DNA of 64,000 nt from Bacteroidaceae bacterium (lineage in GTDB: Bacteria; Bacteroidota; Bacteroidia; Bacteroidales; Bacteroidaceae): contig JAFXTO010000002.1 in NCBI GenBank assembly GCA_017535725.1, forward strand, positions 21,752 to 85,751, in the 5' to 3' direction. The position numbers and the translations under genes were made by a program. This document shows positions 15,880-24,948 of the stretch, piece by piece (positions within the stretch are counted from its first letter, which is position 1; the number at the start of each line of letters is the position of its first letter). Under the pieces are notes generated by a model. The model was given only the letters and a program-made list of their open reading frames with translations, did not search any database and had not been told where the DNA came from.

Positions 15880-17539
15880 GAAGAATAAGAAGCAGAAGGG
15901 GCAGCAGTTCCTCTCACCAGAGCAGTATATTAGGCAGAAAGCGCGGACGCTGGAAATCGGCAAGTGTTATGTAGACAACGACCTCGAAAAGGCGGGCGAG
16001 GGTCACATCATCGTCAGCCGCAAGCATACTGGAGGAAGGGTGAGCATCGGTTTCTATCTCGTGGACATCTGGTGTGTCGGCGTGAAGCGCTCGTTTTATC
16101 GTCTGCGCATGGAGGACTATGAGCTCGACGAGATGATAGATTCGTACCAGCTTAATTTGCGCGAATGTAGTTACGACGAGGTCCACAACTGGATATACGG
16201 AGCCATTGCCTTCGCCGAGGAAGCTGGCATTGCTCCCGACAAAAGTTTCAACCTGACACAATACTTCCTCGAGGAGGACGATGATGATATCCCCCTCATG
16301 GAGTTCGACTTTGGCCGAAAGGGCAAGCATACGCTGGTCGCCAGCAGCAATTTAGAGGCCAGCCGCTATCTGCCTCTGCTCGAGAAGAATCTCGGCAAGG
16401 GGAACTATGATTACATCCTTCGTGTAGACGAGGATGATGATTTTGAGGAAGACGAGGATGATGATTTTGATGAAGACGAGGTCGAGGAATCCGAAGGCCC
16501 TATTTATATGCGCCAATTGGTAGATGACATAGAAATTAATGACCTCTTGGGATGTGCTGCAATCCTTGGATTGAAGATTGACACAAAAGCTTCAGAAGAA
16601 GAGATTCGCCGACAATATATAGAAGGTGTACTCTCCGACCCATACGACATACTTTGTCGTCTGCCGAATGAGGACACGGCCATGCTGGAAACAGCACAGA
16701 ATGAGCATGACAACCGTGTCTTTTATCCAGATAACTATCGAATGCCTTTGCTCTATCATTATGGCTTTGCTGATGAGGATTGGGACGAGGATGGCAATCG
16801 TGTGATCCAGATAGCCAAGGACTTTGCGGACGCCATGTCGCCTCACTTGGCAACTGCGTCGGAAGAACCTGCCAATATGGGACGTCTCATCATGGAGGCC
16901 GTCATCGACGGACTGGCTAATCTCTTCGGTGAGATACGCTTAGATGAGGCTAAACGATATATAAAGATGGTTTTTGACCATAAAGAGGACCTGAATGTGG
17001 ACAGACTCTCACAGTTGGTTATGGGACACTCCCTGCTGCTTGACTGGATGGCCGTGCCTCTTGGCCCCGCCCACCAATCGGTGTATGAACTTCCTGACGA
17101 CCAGGTGGTCTTTTTGTCCCTCTATGGATGGAATACGCCAGAGAAGCTGCGCGACAAGATAGCTCAGCGCCAAACGATTCCGAGCCGAAAGGACTACACC
17201 ATGGAGGAGATTATCCAATCATCCTCCGTACTGCCAATCATCCCGAATCCAGAAGCAAAGAACTTCCACCGGTTCCTTCAGACGACACTCGGCTATGACG
17301 AAGAAGAGGCTAAAGAAATCTCCTTCAACCTGTGGTATCGCGCCCAGCACGAAGAGGACGAGAGTTTCGAAGACGGCACCTATCAGGACTATTTCACCAA
17401 AGAGGTTCTCCGTCAGGCTCCCAAGCGCATAGGAATGAAACAAATGAACGAAGCGATTTCGGCACTGACCAACTACATGAATGCCATGCCACGCTGGATA
17501 CTGAAAGGGCATTCTCCTAATGAGGTGAACGAGTTATAA
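15869..17539 (+). CDS. Hypothetical protein (556 aa) with a basic N-terminus and an acidic D/E tract
   Basis: Long ORF. Start chosen at MAKKKNKKQKG (ATG 15869), 23 nt after a TAnnTTTG element. No recognisable catalytic motif. Confidence 0.75.
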   Translation: MAKKKNKKQKGQQFLSPEQYIRQKARTLEIGKCYVDNDLEKAGEGHIIVSRKHTGGRVSIGFYLVDIWCVGVKRSFYRLRMEDYELDEMIDSYQLNLRECSYDEVHNWIYGAIAFAEEAGIAPDKSFNLTQYFLEEDDDDIPLMEFDFGRKGKHTLVASSNLEASRYLPLLEKNLGKGNYDYILRVDEDDDFEEDEDDDFDEDEVEESEGPIYMRQLVDDIEINDLLGCAAILGLKIDTKASEEEIRRQYIEGVLSDPYDILCRLPNEDTAMLETAQNEHDNRVFYPDNYRMPLLYHYGFADEDWDEDGNRVIQIAKDFADAMSPHLATASEEPANMGRLIMEAVIDGLANLFGEIRLDEAKRYIKMVFDHKEDLNVDRLSQLVMGHSLLLDWMAVPLGPAHQSVYELPDDQVVFLSLYGWNTPEKLRDKIAQRQTIPSRKDYTMEEIIQSSSVLPIIPNPEAKNFHRFLQTTLGYDEEEAKEISFNLWYRAQHEEDESFEDGTYQDYFTKEVLRQAPKRIGMKQMNEAISALTNYMNAMPRWILKGHSPNEVNEL

Positions 17540-17622
17540 GTAGCGAATTGATAGGAAATAAAAGTATTGTACGAGAGTGTTATAATTAAAGAAAGCGAAT
17601 AGACACAGATAAGGACGGATTT

Positions 17623-17964
17623 TTACGCAGCCTCGTAGATGTAGTTCTTAAACAGGCTGGCCTTGCTTTGCTCAGAGGACGCGACATCAATGCTTTGCAG
17701 CGGCGAGACGGCTATCAGGTTGTTGGAGTAGCGGGTGAGGTAGTTGATGGCCTCCACGCTGTTGACGCTGCCATCGGTGGGCATCGAGGTGATTACCTGC
17801 GACAGGAACTCATACTCTTTCGGCGGGAAGAGGCCGCGCACGGCATCCAACTTCTGCTGGGAATAGCGCACGTCCACCTTGTCGCCGTCAACGAATATCA
17901 GTCCGAGGCTTACACGCTCGGAAATCTCGGGGCGGATGACCGCATAGATGATGCTGTATTTCAT
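17623..17964 (-). CDS. DUF3037-like small protein (113 aa)
   Basis: MKYSIIYAVIRPEISERVSLGLIFVDG.. matches my memory of DUF3037. The ATG lies 1 nt after the stop of the upstream kinase gene. Confidence 0.6.
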   Translation of the reverse strand: MKYSIIYAVIRPEISERVSLGLIFVDGDKVDVRYSQQKLDAVRGLFPPKEYEFLSQVITSMPTDGSVNSVEAINYLTRYSNNLIAVSPLQSIDVASSEQSKASLFKNYIYEAA

Positions 17965-17965
17965 A

Positions 17966-18763
17966 TTATCTGATGTTTTCGGTGAGACATTCCATATAGT
18001 TATCCCATACGGCGGCTGTCCATCTGTCGTCAAATAGTTGGTTCAACTTTTTGCTGACGGTTTCGGCAGGGACTTGCCACTCTTGCGGCATTTCGTTCGT
18101 TATCTCTGCTGCGGCGCTTCTGCTCTGCTGCAGACACTCGGCATAGTCGGCCTTCAGGCGGTTAGCTATGGCGAGGACGGTCTGCTTGTTCGTGCTCTGA
18201 AAGAGATGCCGGAAAAGGTCGGACCAGAGAATGGTGTCTGTAGATGTGAGTTGTGAGAGGGGATAGTCAAACGTGGCGGTGTTGAAGATGCATCCGTAGT
18301 CAATCGATACCAACTGCTCACGAGCCATGTCGTACATCAAGTTAGCATTGTTCGCGTTGCGGTCTTCGTTGGCCACCCAGAAGTCGAAGAGGGCAATCTT
18401 CATCAGTTGGCTCAGAGTCTCAATGGTTGCGGGAACTTTTGCGTAGGTGGAGGGGGTGATGTCAACCACACCGTCCTGCCAGCGGAAGCCTATTGACTGG
18501 GAGGAAAGAATGTGAGATTCGTTTATGCCTTCCCAATGCGAAGGCTTGATATTGACAATTGCGATTTCTGGAGTCCTCAGTTGCCATGCCGTTGCCAATT
18601 GTGCCCCGATGAGTTCACAGGCCAACTTGTAGGCTGTTGCCGAGGATCGCATGTATTTACAGACGTAGATGTTTACGTCTGAACACATCACCATCACTGG
18701 CTCTTCGCCCGTGTGGAACTGGTGCTCGATGCGCTTGGCACTGTATAAAAAAGGGATAGACAT
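17966..18763 (-). CDS. HipA-like serine/threonine kinase (short form, 265 aa)
   Basis: DFWVANEDRNANNANLMYD fits the HipA-family catalytic loop D-x-x-x-x-N..DR..N. Start chosen at MSIPFLYS (18763). Confidence 0.7.
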   Translation of the reverse strand: MSIPFLYSAKRIEHQFHTGEEPVMVMCSDVNIYVCKYMRSSATAYKLACELIGAQLATAWQLRTPEIAIVNIKPSHWEGINESHILSSQSIGFRWQDGVVDITPSTYAKVPATIETLSQLMKIALFDFWVANEDRNANNANLMYDMAREQLVSIDYGCIFNTATFDYPLSQLTSTDTILWSDLFRHLFQSTNKQTVLAIANRLKADYAECLQQSRSAAAEITNEMPQEWQVPAETVSKKLNQLFDDRWTAAVWDNYMECLTENIR

Positions 18764-19147
18764 GATTGTTGAGAATTGCAAATGTGTCGCCTGTGCTAAA
18801 ATGTGGCAGATAAATCGCCGCAAAAATAGTGATTATATCTGATATGTATTGAAGGAAAGCTTGAAAAATACTTAAAGGGAAGAGAAATACAGCAATTTTT
18901 AAGGCAAATGCTTACGTGCGGAAATACTTCTAACCATCCAAACAACGGTATTATGGCTTCGATAAGTGACAAAGCTTACCTCGTAAATGCGTTTGATATC
19001 CGAAGGAACAATTATATTGGCTCATTACATCTTGCTGGTGATTGTGAAGCTATTGAGCAATATGTCTACACTCTTTGCTGGATGCTGTTGAAAAAGTGCA
19101 TATAATTCTTCGGTTTCAATGCCTCAAAAAGTAAAATATGGCATCTA

Positions 19148-19267
19148 TTGTGATGGATTTGTGCAATTATCTAAGCCTAAATGCTCAAATTAGCAAGAAA
19201 AGAATGGCGATACGGGAAATCTTTTGTACTTTTGCAACACTAAATACGGAATCATTATGGCAAAGAA
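19148..19267. repeat. Direct repeat copy 2 (120 bp)
   Basis: Near-identical to 15761-15879. Contains TACTTTTG at 19227-19234. It is followed by a 28-codon ORF, MAKKIKLNPSNNKGKQEEEFSFEDVLRR (19257-19343). Confidence 0.9.
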
Positions 19268-19364
19268 AATAAAACTGAACCCTTCGAACAATAAAGGAAA
19301 GCAAGAGGAAGAGTTTTCCTTTGAAGACGTTTTGAGGAGATAAAGTAGCTAATCGATTGAATAT

Positions 19365-19934
19365 ATGGCAATAGTAAAAGTAGTGAAGGGCTTGAAGCCC
19401 AAGTTTGGAAAACATTGTTATTTGGCAGATGGTGCCGTCATCGTGGGCGAAGTTACGCTGGGTGACGACGTGACGATATGGCCGTGCGCCGTGCTGCGCG
19501 GCGACGTACATTATATTAAGATTGGTAACCGCTCCAATATCCAGGACAACTCGTGCGTACATACCCTCAACGGCAAGGCGCCCGTGGAAATCGGCGAGGA
19601 CGTGACGGTGGGGCACAGCGTGACGCTCCACGGTTGCACCATCCTCGACGGGGCACTTATCGGGATGGGCGCTACGGTGCTGGACCACGCCGTGGTAGGT
19701 CGCGGTGCCATCGTGGCAGCAGGTGCCCTTGTCCTCTCGGGCACCCATATTCCTGACGGTGAACTGTGGGGAGGCGTACCCGCCAAGTTCATCAAGCGGG
19801 TAGATCCAGAACAGGCGCAGGCCTTGAACAAGACCTACGCCTCTCACTACATTGAATATTCTGATTGGTACCGCGAGTCAGACCGCAACCCGATGAACAC
19901 GCAGAACGTCCTCAACGGCGAGGACTACGTGTAG
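19365..19934 (+). CDS. Gamma-carbonic-anhydrase-family / hexapeptide-repeat protein
   Basis: Left-handed beta-helix repeats (GDDVTIWPCAVLRGD..IGNRSNIQDNSCVH..VGHSVTLHG). Confidence 0.88.
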   Translation: MAIVKVVKGLKPKFGKHCYLADGAVIVGEVTLGDDVTIWPCAVLRGDVHYIKIGNRSNIQDNSCVHTLNGKAPVEIGEDVTVGHSVTLHGCTILDGALIGMGATVLDHAVVGRGAIVAAGALVLSGTHIPDGELWGGVPAKFIKRVDPEQAQALNKTYASHYIEYSDWYRESDRNPMNTQNVLNGEDYV

Positions 19935-19960
19935 AGAGGTGCGTAGCCTGTCACTCGGCA

Positions 19961-20773
19961 TTACATCGCGAAGACATTGAAGCCGCCATCGACCACTGCC
20001 ACGGTGCCCGTCACGAAACGTGAGGCATCGGAGATGAGGTAGTGGATGGTGCCGCAGAGTTCTTCCGGTTCGCCCATGCGACCGAAGGGCGTCTGACGGA
20101 TGACATCTTGTCCGCGCTGGGTGAAGCTACCGTCGGGATTCGTCAACAGCGAACGGTTCTGCTCGGTGATGAAGAAGCCTGGGGCGATGGCGTTCACGCG
20201 GATGCCCTCGCCAAACTTCTTGGCACACTCCGTGGCCATGTAAGCCGTGAAGTTGGAAATGCCTGCCTTGGCGGCAGCATAGCCGCAGACGCGCGTCATG
20301 GGACGGAAGGCGGCCATCGACGAGAAGTTCACAATAGCACCCTTGCCTTGTTTCACCATGGGACGCAGGAACACCTGCGTGGGGATGACCGTACCCGTCA
20401 GGTTCAGGTCCAGCACGGTCTGGAACTGCGCTGGGTCGAGGTCGAAGAAGTTCTTGTCCGGAGCGATGGTGGCACCAGGCTGGTTGCCGCCGGCAGCATT
20501 CAGCAGGGCGTCAACACGGCCGTAGCGTGCCAGCACTTCCTGACAGTTCTGCTCCAAGCGGGCAGCATCGAGCACGTTGGTCTCCAGGAACAGGGCGTCC
20601 CCGCCGTCGGCAACGATATCTGCGACAATGGCGTCGCCCACCTCTTTCTTACGTCCGAGAATAACCACCTTGGCACCCTCGGAGGCCAGGTATTTGGCGA
20701 TGGCGCGACCCAGCACGCCCGTACCGCCGGTGATGACCACGACGTGGTCCTGAATGTTGAAAAGTGTGTTCAT
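19961..20773 (-). CDS. SDR-family oxidoreductase
   Basis: ITGGTGVLGRAIA Rossmann motif, NAAG, S..Y..AAK catalytic residues. 270 aa. Confidence 0.9.
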   Translation of the reverse strand: MNTLFNIQDHVVVITGGTGVLGRAIAKYLASEGAKVVILGRKKEVGDAIVADIVADGGDALFLETNVLDAARLEQNCQEVLARYGRVDALLNAAGGNQPGATIAPDKNFFDLDPAQFQTVLDLNLTGTVIPTQVFLRPMVKQGKGAIVNFSSMAAFRPMTRVCGYAAAKAGISNFTAYMATECAKKFGEGIRVNAIAPGFFITEQNRSLLTNPDGSFTQRGQDVIRQTPFGRMGEPEELCGTIHYLISDASRFVTGTVAVVDGGFNVFAM

Positions 20774-20824
20774 GTAAAAACTATTTCTTGTGTGGTATGA
20801 TATTTTCGACCTTGCAAACCCTAT

Positions 20825-21478
20825 TTATAGCGCGAAGTCAGCGCCCATGACAATCCTCGGGTGGGAGGTCAGGAAATCGTTGCCCCAGAGGTAGAAGTTC
20901 CATTGCTTCAACGTGTAGTAGCACCCTGCGGCCAGGTCCAAGTCCTGGTCAAACAGCCAGGAATGAATGCATCCGGCCATAGGCGTGATGGAATGTCTGT
21001 TCTTCAGGGGAAAGGTGTAACCCAGATATTCGTAGTTGGAGAAGGTGTTATTCGCCCCTCGCTTCACAATCCACCACGTGTTGGAACACCAGAACAGGCG
21101 ACCGTCCCTAGTGATGGCTCCATTCAGGTAGAGGGCGTTCGTCAGGTAGGCGAAGCGGAAACTGTCATTCAAGTTGAACGTCGGAGTGACTTCCGCACCG
21201 ATATTGAACCACTTGCTGATGCCCACGCCGTAGCGGACTAAGGCACCCCAGCAGGCACAGCCTGGCCCTGTGTACAAATCGAGGCCAGTAGCGAAATGGT
21301 CGCCCAAGCCGTACTGGAACGTGGTGTACGTCGCCATCTTGTTCACGCCCGGACGCAGCTTCAACGAGGTATAGCCGTACAACTTGCCATCCCCCACGGT
21401 TGCTGCAAAATAAGGTATCTGAGCGAGGACACGAACGGACAACAACAGACTTACTGCGAAGACCACTATGTGTTTCAT
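20825..21478 (-). CDS. Secreted/outer-membrane hypothetical protein
   Basis: N-terminal signal peptide MKHIVVFAVSLLLSVRVLAQ. Aromatic-rich alternating sequence ending ..GADFAL suggests a beta-barrel. Confidence 0.65.
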   Translation of the reverse strand: MKHIVVFAVSLLLSVRVLAQIPYFAATVGDGKLYGYTSLKLRPGVNKMATYTTFQYGLGDHFATGLDLYTGPGCACWGALVRYGVGISKWFNIGAEVTPTFNLNDSFRFAYLTNALYLNGAITRDGRLFWCSNTWWIVKRGANNTFSNYEYLGYTFPLKNRHSITPMAGCIHSWLFDQDLDLAAGCYYTLKQWNFYLWGNDFLTSHPRIVMGADFAL

Positions 21479-21563
21479 AGCTCTATATAAATCTATACCT
21501 TCTACTTATTTCGGCATTTCTTTAATGCCTCTACCTTCTTCTTATTATGCCTCTACCTTCTTC

Positions 21564-23456
21564 TTATTTCGGCATTTCGATGATGATACGGCAACCTTGT
21601 TGATAGTCGGCGTCGTAGATGAGGTTACCGCCGAGGCCGGTAACTTGGCGCTGGGCCAGCGGCAGTCCGAGTCCAAATCCCATGGACTCCTCGTTGGCCT
21701 GCGTGAAGGGCTGGGTGAGAATCTCGTGCCAATCCTTCTGAAGACCTGGGCCGGTATCTTCCACGATGAAGCAGACGGTGGACTCCGTCTCCATCAGGCG
21801 CAGGGTGATATGCTTGTCGTCGGAGAACTTGGCGGCGTTGTGCAGGAGCTCACCAATGGCACGATTGAGGAAGAAGTGGTTGGTCTGGATGCACACATCA
21901 TCGGACAGCAACGTCTCCAGATGGAATTCCAGGTTCGCATGGCACGTGTGCATGTACTCGATGACCTCGCGTGCAAGCTCGTTGCAGGGCAGTTTCGAGT
22001 TCCGCAGGTATTGCACCTTGTCCTCAGACTTCGGTCTGGAACTATCATAGAGCATCGTCACCCTTCGGTCCAGGCGGATGACATTGATGGCCATCGTGTC
22101 CTTGACGACCTGCAGCTCGCTGGGCGTCAGGTGGTGGCTCAGCAAGGTGTCTGTCATACCTTCGAGGATGTTCAGAGGCAAACGTATCTGTCGAAGGACG
22201 TGTTGTGAGAACCGGCGTTTTTCCTCAAACGATTTCTTGGCGGCTGCCATAGCTTGCTCCAGCTCCTCGTTTTCGACTCTGACTTGCTCCGATGTCTGCT
22301 TGACTTCCTTCATGTGTGCCACGATGGTTCGCTTCATCGCGATGAAAGCGTTCTGCAGGAGTGCCACCGCGTCCTTGCGGGGTGACAGGGGAATCACCAC
22401 ATCGTAGTTGCCGCTGGCAATCATCTGCATGTCATCCAGTAGCTGTTTGATGGGCTTGATATTCATTCGGACGACGCTGACCGTGATGAGCAGGATGAGC
22501 ATCAGGCCGACCACCACGACGATGATGGCGAGATACACCAGGTGATTATAGTCGCTCAGCACCTCATCGTCCAAGCATACCATGGCCAGACTCCATTGGG
22601 TCTCAGGCACAGGAGCATAGCAGACGTGATAGACCTCGTCGCCCCTCTTGACGTGCATGATGCCCTGTTTGCCAGCGGTCATCTCGCGTCCCAGCTTGAT
22701 GACATCCGGGTCCTGGATGGAGTCCGTGACCGAGAAGATGGTCCGACGGAACAGGAAGCTGGATTCCGGGTACACCAGATAGCGGCCATCGGTGCCCAGC
22801 AGCATGTAGTAGGCGCTGGGGAATGGATGTTCCGATGCCTCGATGATTTTCGACAAACGGCCAAAGGAGAAGTCCGTGGAGACAACACCCTGAATGCGAC
22901 CGCCTCCCGGACGCAAGGGGATGCAATAGGAAGCAATGGCATCATTGAGGCTGATGGTGCCCTGGTTGAAGTCGCTGAACGGATCCAGCCAGCTATCCTT
23001 GCCCGTACGCTTGGGTTCCTGATACCAATGCCGCTCGTAGTAGTCGTAATCCGACTCACGCGCGGTGAGGATGGTGTCACCGTCATTCACGGAATAGACC
23101 GAGAACCGAGAGCCATACTCCGGAAATACATCGGGTTCCGTACCCACCGAGCAACTGATTACGCTTTGGTTGATGGTGACGATGCGACGCGAGAGGGACT
23201 GCAGGGAGTCGGGATTGAAGTTAGCCTCCATCAGCCACACATTTGACTTGGCTGCGTTCTTGACGGCAGACATGTAGTTGACCACGCGCTGCATGGTGGT
23301 GTTCAGCGTGCTGTAGGAACGCTCCATGGTTTCCTTGTGCATGATTGCCTGCACGTGCTTGAAGAAGACGCCCAGCGAAACCATGAAGAGGGGTGCTGCC
23401 AGCAGTAAGATGGTAATACCTATCTTCCGGGCCAGACTTTTACGCGGCTTATCCAT
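21564..23456 (-). CDS. Sensor histidine kinase (Cache-like periplasmic domain, HAMP, DHp, HATPase_c)
   Basis: H-box-like FSQHVLRQIRLPLN. G-boxes DTGPGL and GFGLGLPLAQ. Two TM segments flank a roughly 270-aa extracytoplasmic domain. Confidence 0.85.
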   Translation of the reverse strand: MDKPRKSLARKIGITILLLAAPLFMVSLGVFFKHVQAIMHKETMERSYSTLNTTMQRVVNYMSAVKNAAKSNVWLMEANFNPDSLQSLSRRIVTINQSVISCSVGTEPDVFPEYGSRFSVYSVNDGDTILTARESDYDYYERHWYQEPKRTGKDSWLDPFSDFNQGTISLNDAIASYCIPLRPGGGRIQGVVSTDFSFGRLSKIIEASEHPFPSAYYMLLGTDGRYLVYPESSFLFRRTIFSVTDSIQDPDVIKLGREMTAGKQGIMHVKRGDEVYHVCYAPVPETQWSLAMVCLDDEVLSDYNHLVYLAIIVVVVGLMLILLITVSVVRMNIKPIKQLLDDMQMIASGNYDVVIPLSPRKDAVALLQNAFIAMKRTIVAHMKEVKQTSEQVRVENEELEQAMAAAKKSFEEKRRFSQHVLRQIRLPLNILEGMTDTLLSHHLTPSELQVVKDTMAINVIRLDRRVTMLYDSSRPKSEDKVQYLRNSKLPCNELAREVIEYMHTCHANLEFHLETLLSDDVCIQTNHFFLNRAIGELLHNAAKFSDDKHITLRLMETESTVCFIVEDTGPGLQKDWHEILTQPFTQANEESMGFGLGLPLAQRQVTGLGGNLIYDADYQQGCRIIIEMPK

Positions 23457-24945
23457 AATTATCCTCCTTTCTCACCTCGGGGGATGAGGTGTTCAACATT
23501 TGGTCAAGCAGTCCCAGGATGATCTTGCTCTCTCGCCTGATGGTATCTGCCTCGCGCCTTGCCTCTTCCGGGCTTAATTCGTCGTAATGCTCCAAGAGGT
23601 TGTTGACACACTTGCCGATAGCATCGGACGGGGCTATCATCTGGTTCGTCACATTGCGCAGGAAGTCCACACGCACGCGGCGGGAATCCTTGGCCTGATC
23701 ATTGAGCCTGCGCAGGGTCTCGCGGCGTTCGTTCAGTGTCTTCGTCAGTTGTTCTTCTTCTTCCACCTGGGTCAGCAACGTCTCCTGCATGATTCTGAAA
23801 TTCTGCTGGAACAGGCCGACCTCATCCATCCGTCGCGTCCGCGGTATCTCCTCATTGAAGTTGCCCTCCGCAATACTTTCGGCTATCTCCGTGAGTTCGC
23901 GAACGGGCCTCAGCTGTATCCGGAAGACTATACGGCAAAGTATCCAGAAGAGGAGCAGGGCACCAACGGCGATGGCCATCACGTGGTAAATGAGCTGACT
24001 GTAGGACTCTGTGACATCCACCGTCGGGTAAACGACGGCGATGCGCCAATCGTTCTTCGGGCGGGCACGGCCAGTCACTTCGTAGCGCACAAAAGGCTTG
24101 TAGAACAAACGGTACTCTTCACCTCCCACGTAGAAAAAGCTGTTGCCCGTACTGCCGGCCGCCATGGCTTGGGCACTTTCGAGCACAACGGAGGGTGCAT
24201 CCTCGGGAATAACGTCAAAAATCGTCTTTCCCTTGCGCTTCTCGGGGTCGGGATTTATGATGTATTTCCCGTCTTTGTCTATCAGTATGCAGTAGCTGCT
24301 GGATGACATCTTGGAAACATTCACCATCTGCGAGAGCAAGTCCACGGACACCTCCACGGCCATAACCCCTATGACTTGCTGGCTCCTGTCCATCATGGGC
24401 AGGCAGAAGAGGAGAGGCATTTCCTCGTCATTGGTCACGTGCCTGGACTGTCTCCAGCTCGACAAGCCCGTCTCCACGGCGTCCTTGTACCAATCCTGCT
24501 CCACATAGGGCAGGTCGCCCATCATTTCCGGCGTGAGGAGTTCCGGCGAGTCGTATTTCTTGCGCTGGACGTAGGCCATGAACTGTTCGCGGTCGGGATA
24601 ATAGTTGGGAACGAAGCTGATGGCACAACCCATAATATGCGGATTGCACACCACCAGCTCACGTGCGTAGGTCGTCATGTGGTCGGGCTGGTCGAGGTGC
24701 CCCAGCAGTTCCCAGTAGACGTTACCCACGGACTGCTCCACCCCGCGCAGGACGTTGTCCACCTGCAATTCCGAACCGCGCAATGTCTGTTCGGCATCTT
24801 GCACGGCCTCTTTCTTGAGTACCTCGCGCGAGAAGTAGAAGATTACCGCCAGCGAGACCACGAGCAGTAACATGACCTCGCAGATGGCCGTCGTATTGAG
24901 CTTGAGCGAGGGGGGGGAGAATGCGGCTTTGAAGAGTTTTCTCAT
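23449..24945 (-). CDS. Cache/HAMP sensor protein with a DHp-like helix lacking the phospho-acceptor His and lacking an ATPase domain
   Basis: VDFLRNVTNQMIAPSDAI occupies the H-box position with N in place of H. The protein ends soon after. 8-nt overlap with the downstream kinase gene. Confidence 0.8.
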   Translation of the reverse strand: MRKLFKAAFSPPSLKLNTTAICEVMLLLVVSLAVIFYFSREVLKKEAVQDAEQTLRGSELQVDNVLRGVEQSVGNVYWELLGHLDQPDHMTTYARELVVCNPHIMGCAISFVPNYYPDREQFMAYVQRKKYDSPELLTPEMMGDLPYVEQDWYKDAVETGLSSWRQSRHVTNDEEMPLLFCLPMMDRSQQVIGVMAVEVSVDLLSQMVNVSKMSSSSYCILIDKDGKYIINPDPEKRKGKTIFDVIPEDAPSVVLESAQAMAAGSTGNSFFYVGGEEYRLFYKPFVRYEVTGRARPKNDWRIAVVYPTVDVTESYSQLIYHVMAIAVGALLLFWILCRIVFRIQLRPVRELTEIAESIAEGNFNEEIPRTRRMDEVGLFQQNFRIMQETLLTQVEEEEQLTKTLNERRETLRRLNDQAKDSRRVRVDFLRNVTNQMIAPSDAIGKCVNNLLEHYDELSPEEARREADTIRRESKIILGLLDQMLNTSSPEVRKEDNYG

Positions 24946-24948
24946 ATC

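Noticed and set aside
18908-19105. 65-aa + strand ORF between the HipA-like gene and repeat copy 2
   Set aside because: It has no recognisable motif, no promoter element or coupling, and is short. It may be real but cannot be supported from sequence alone.
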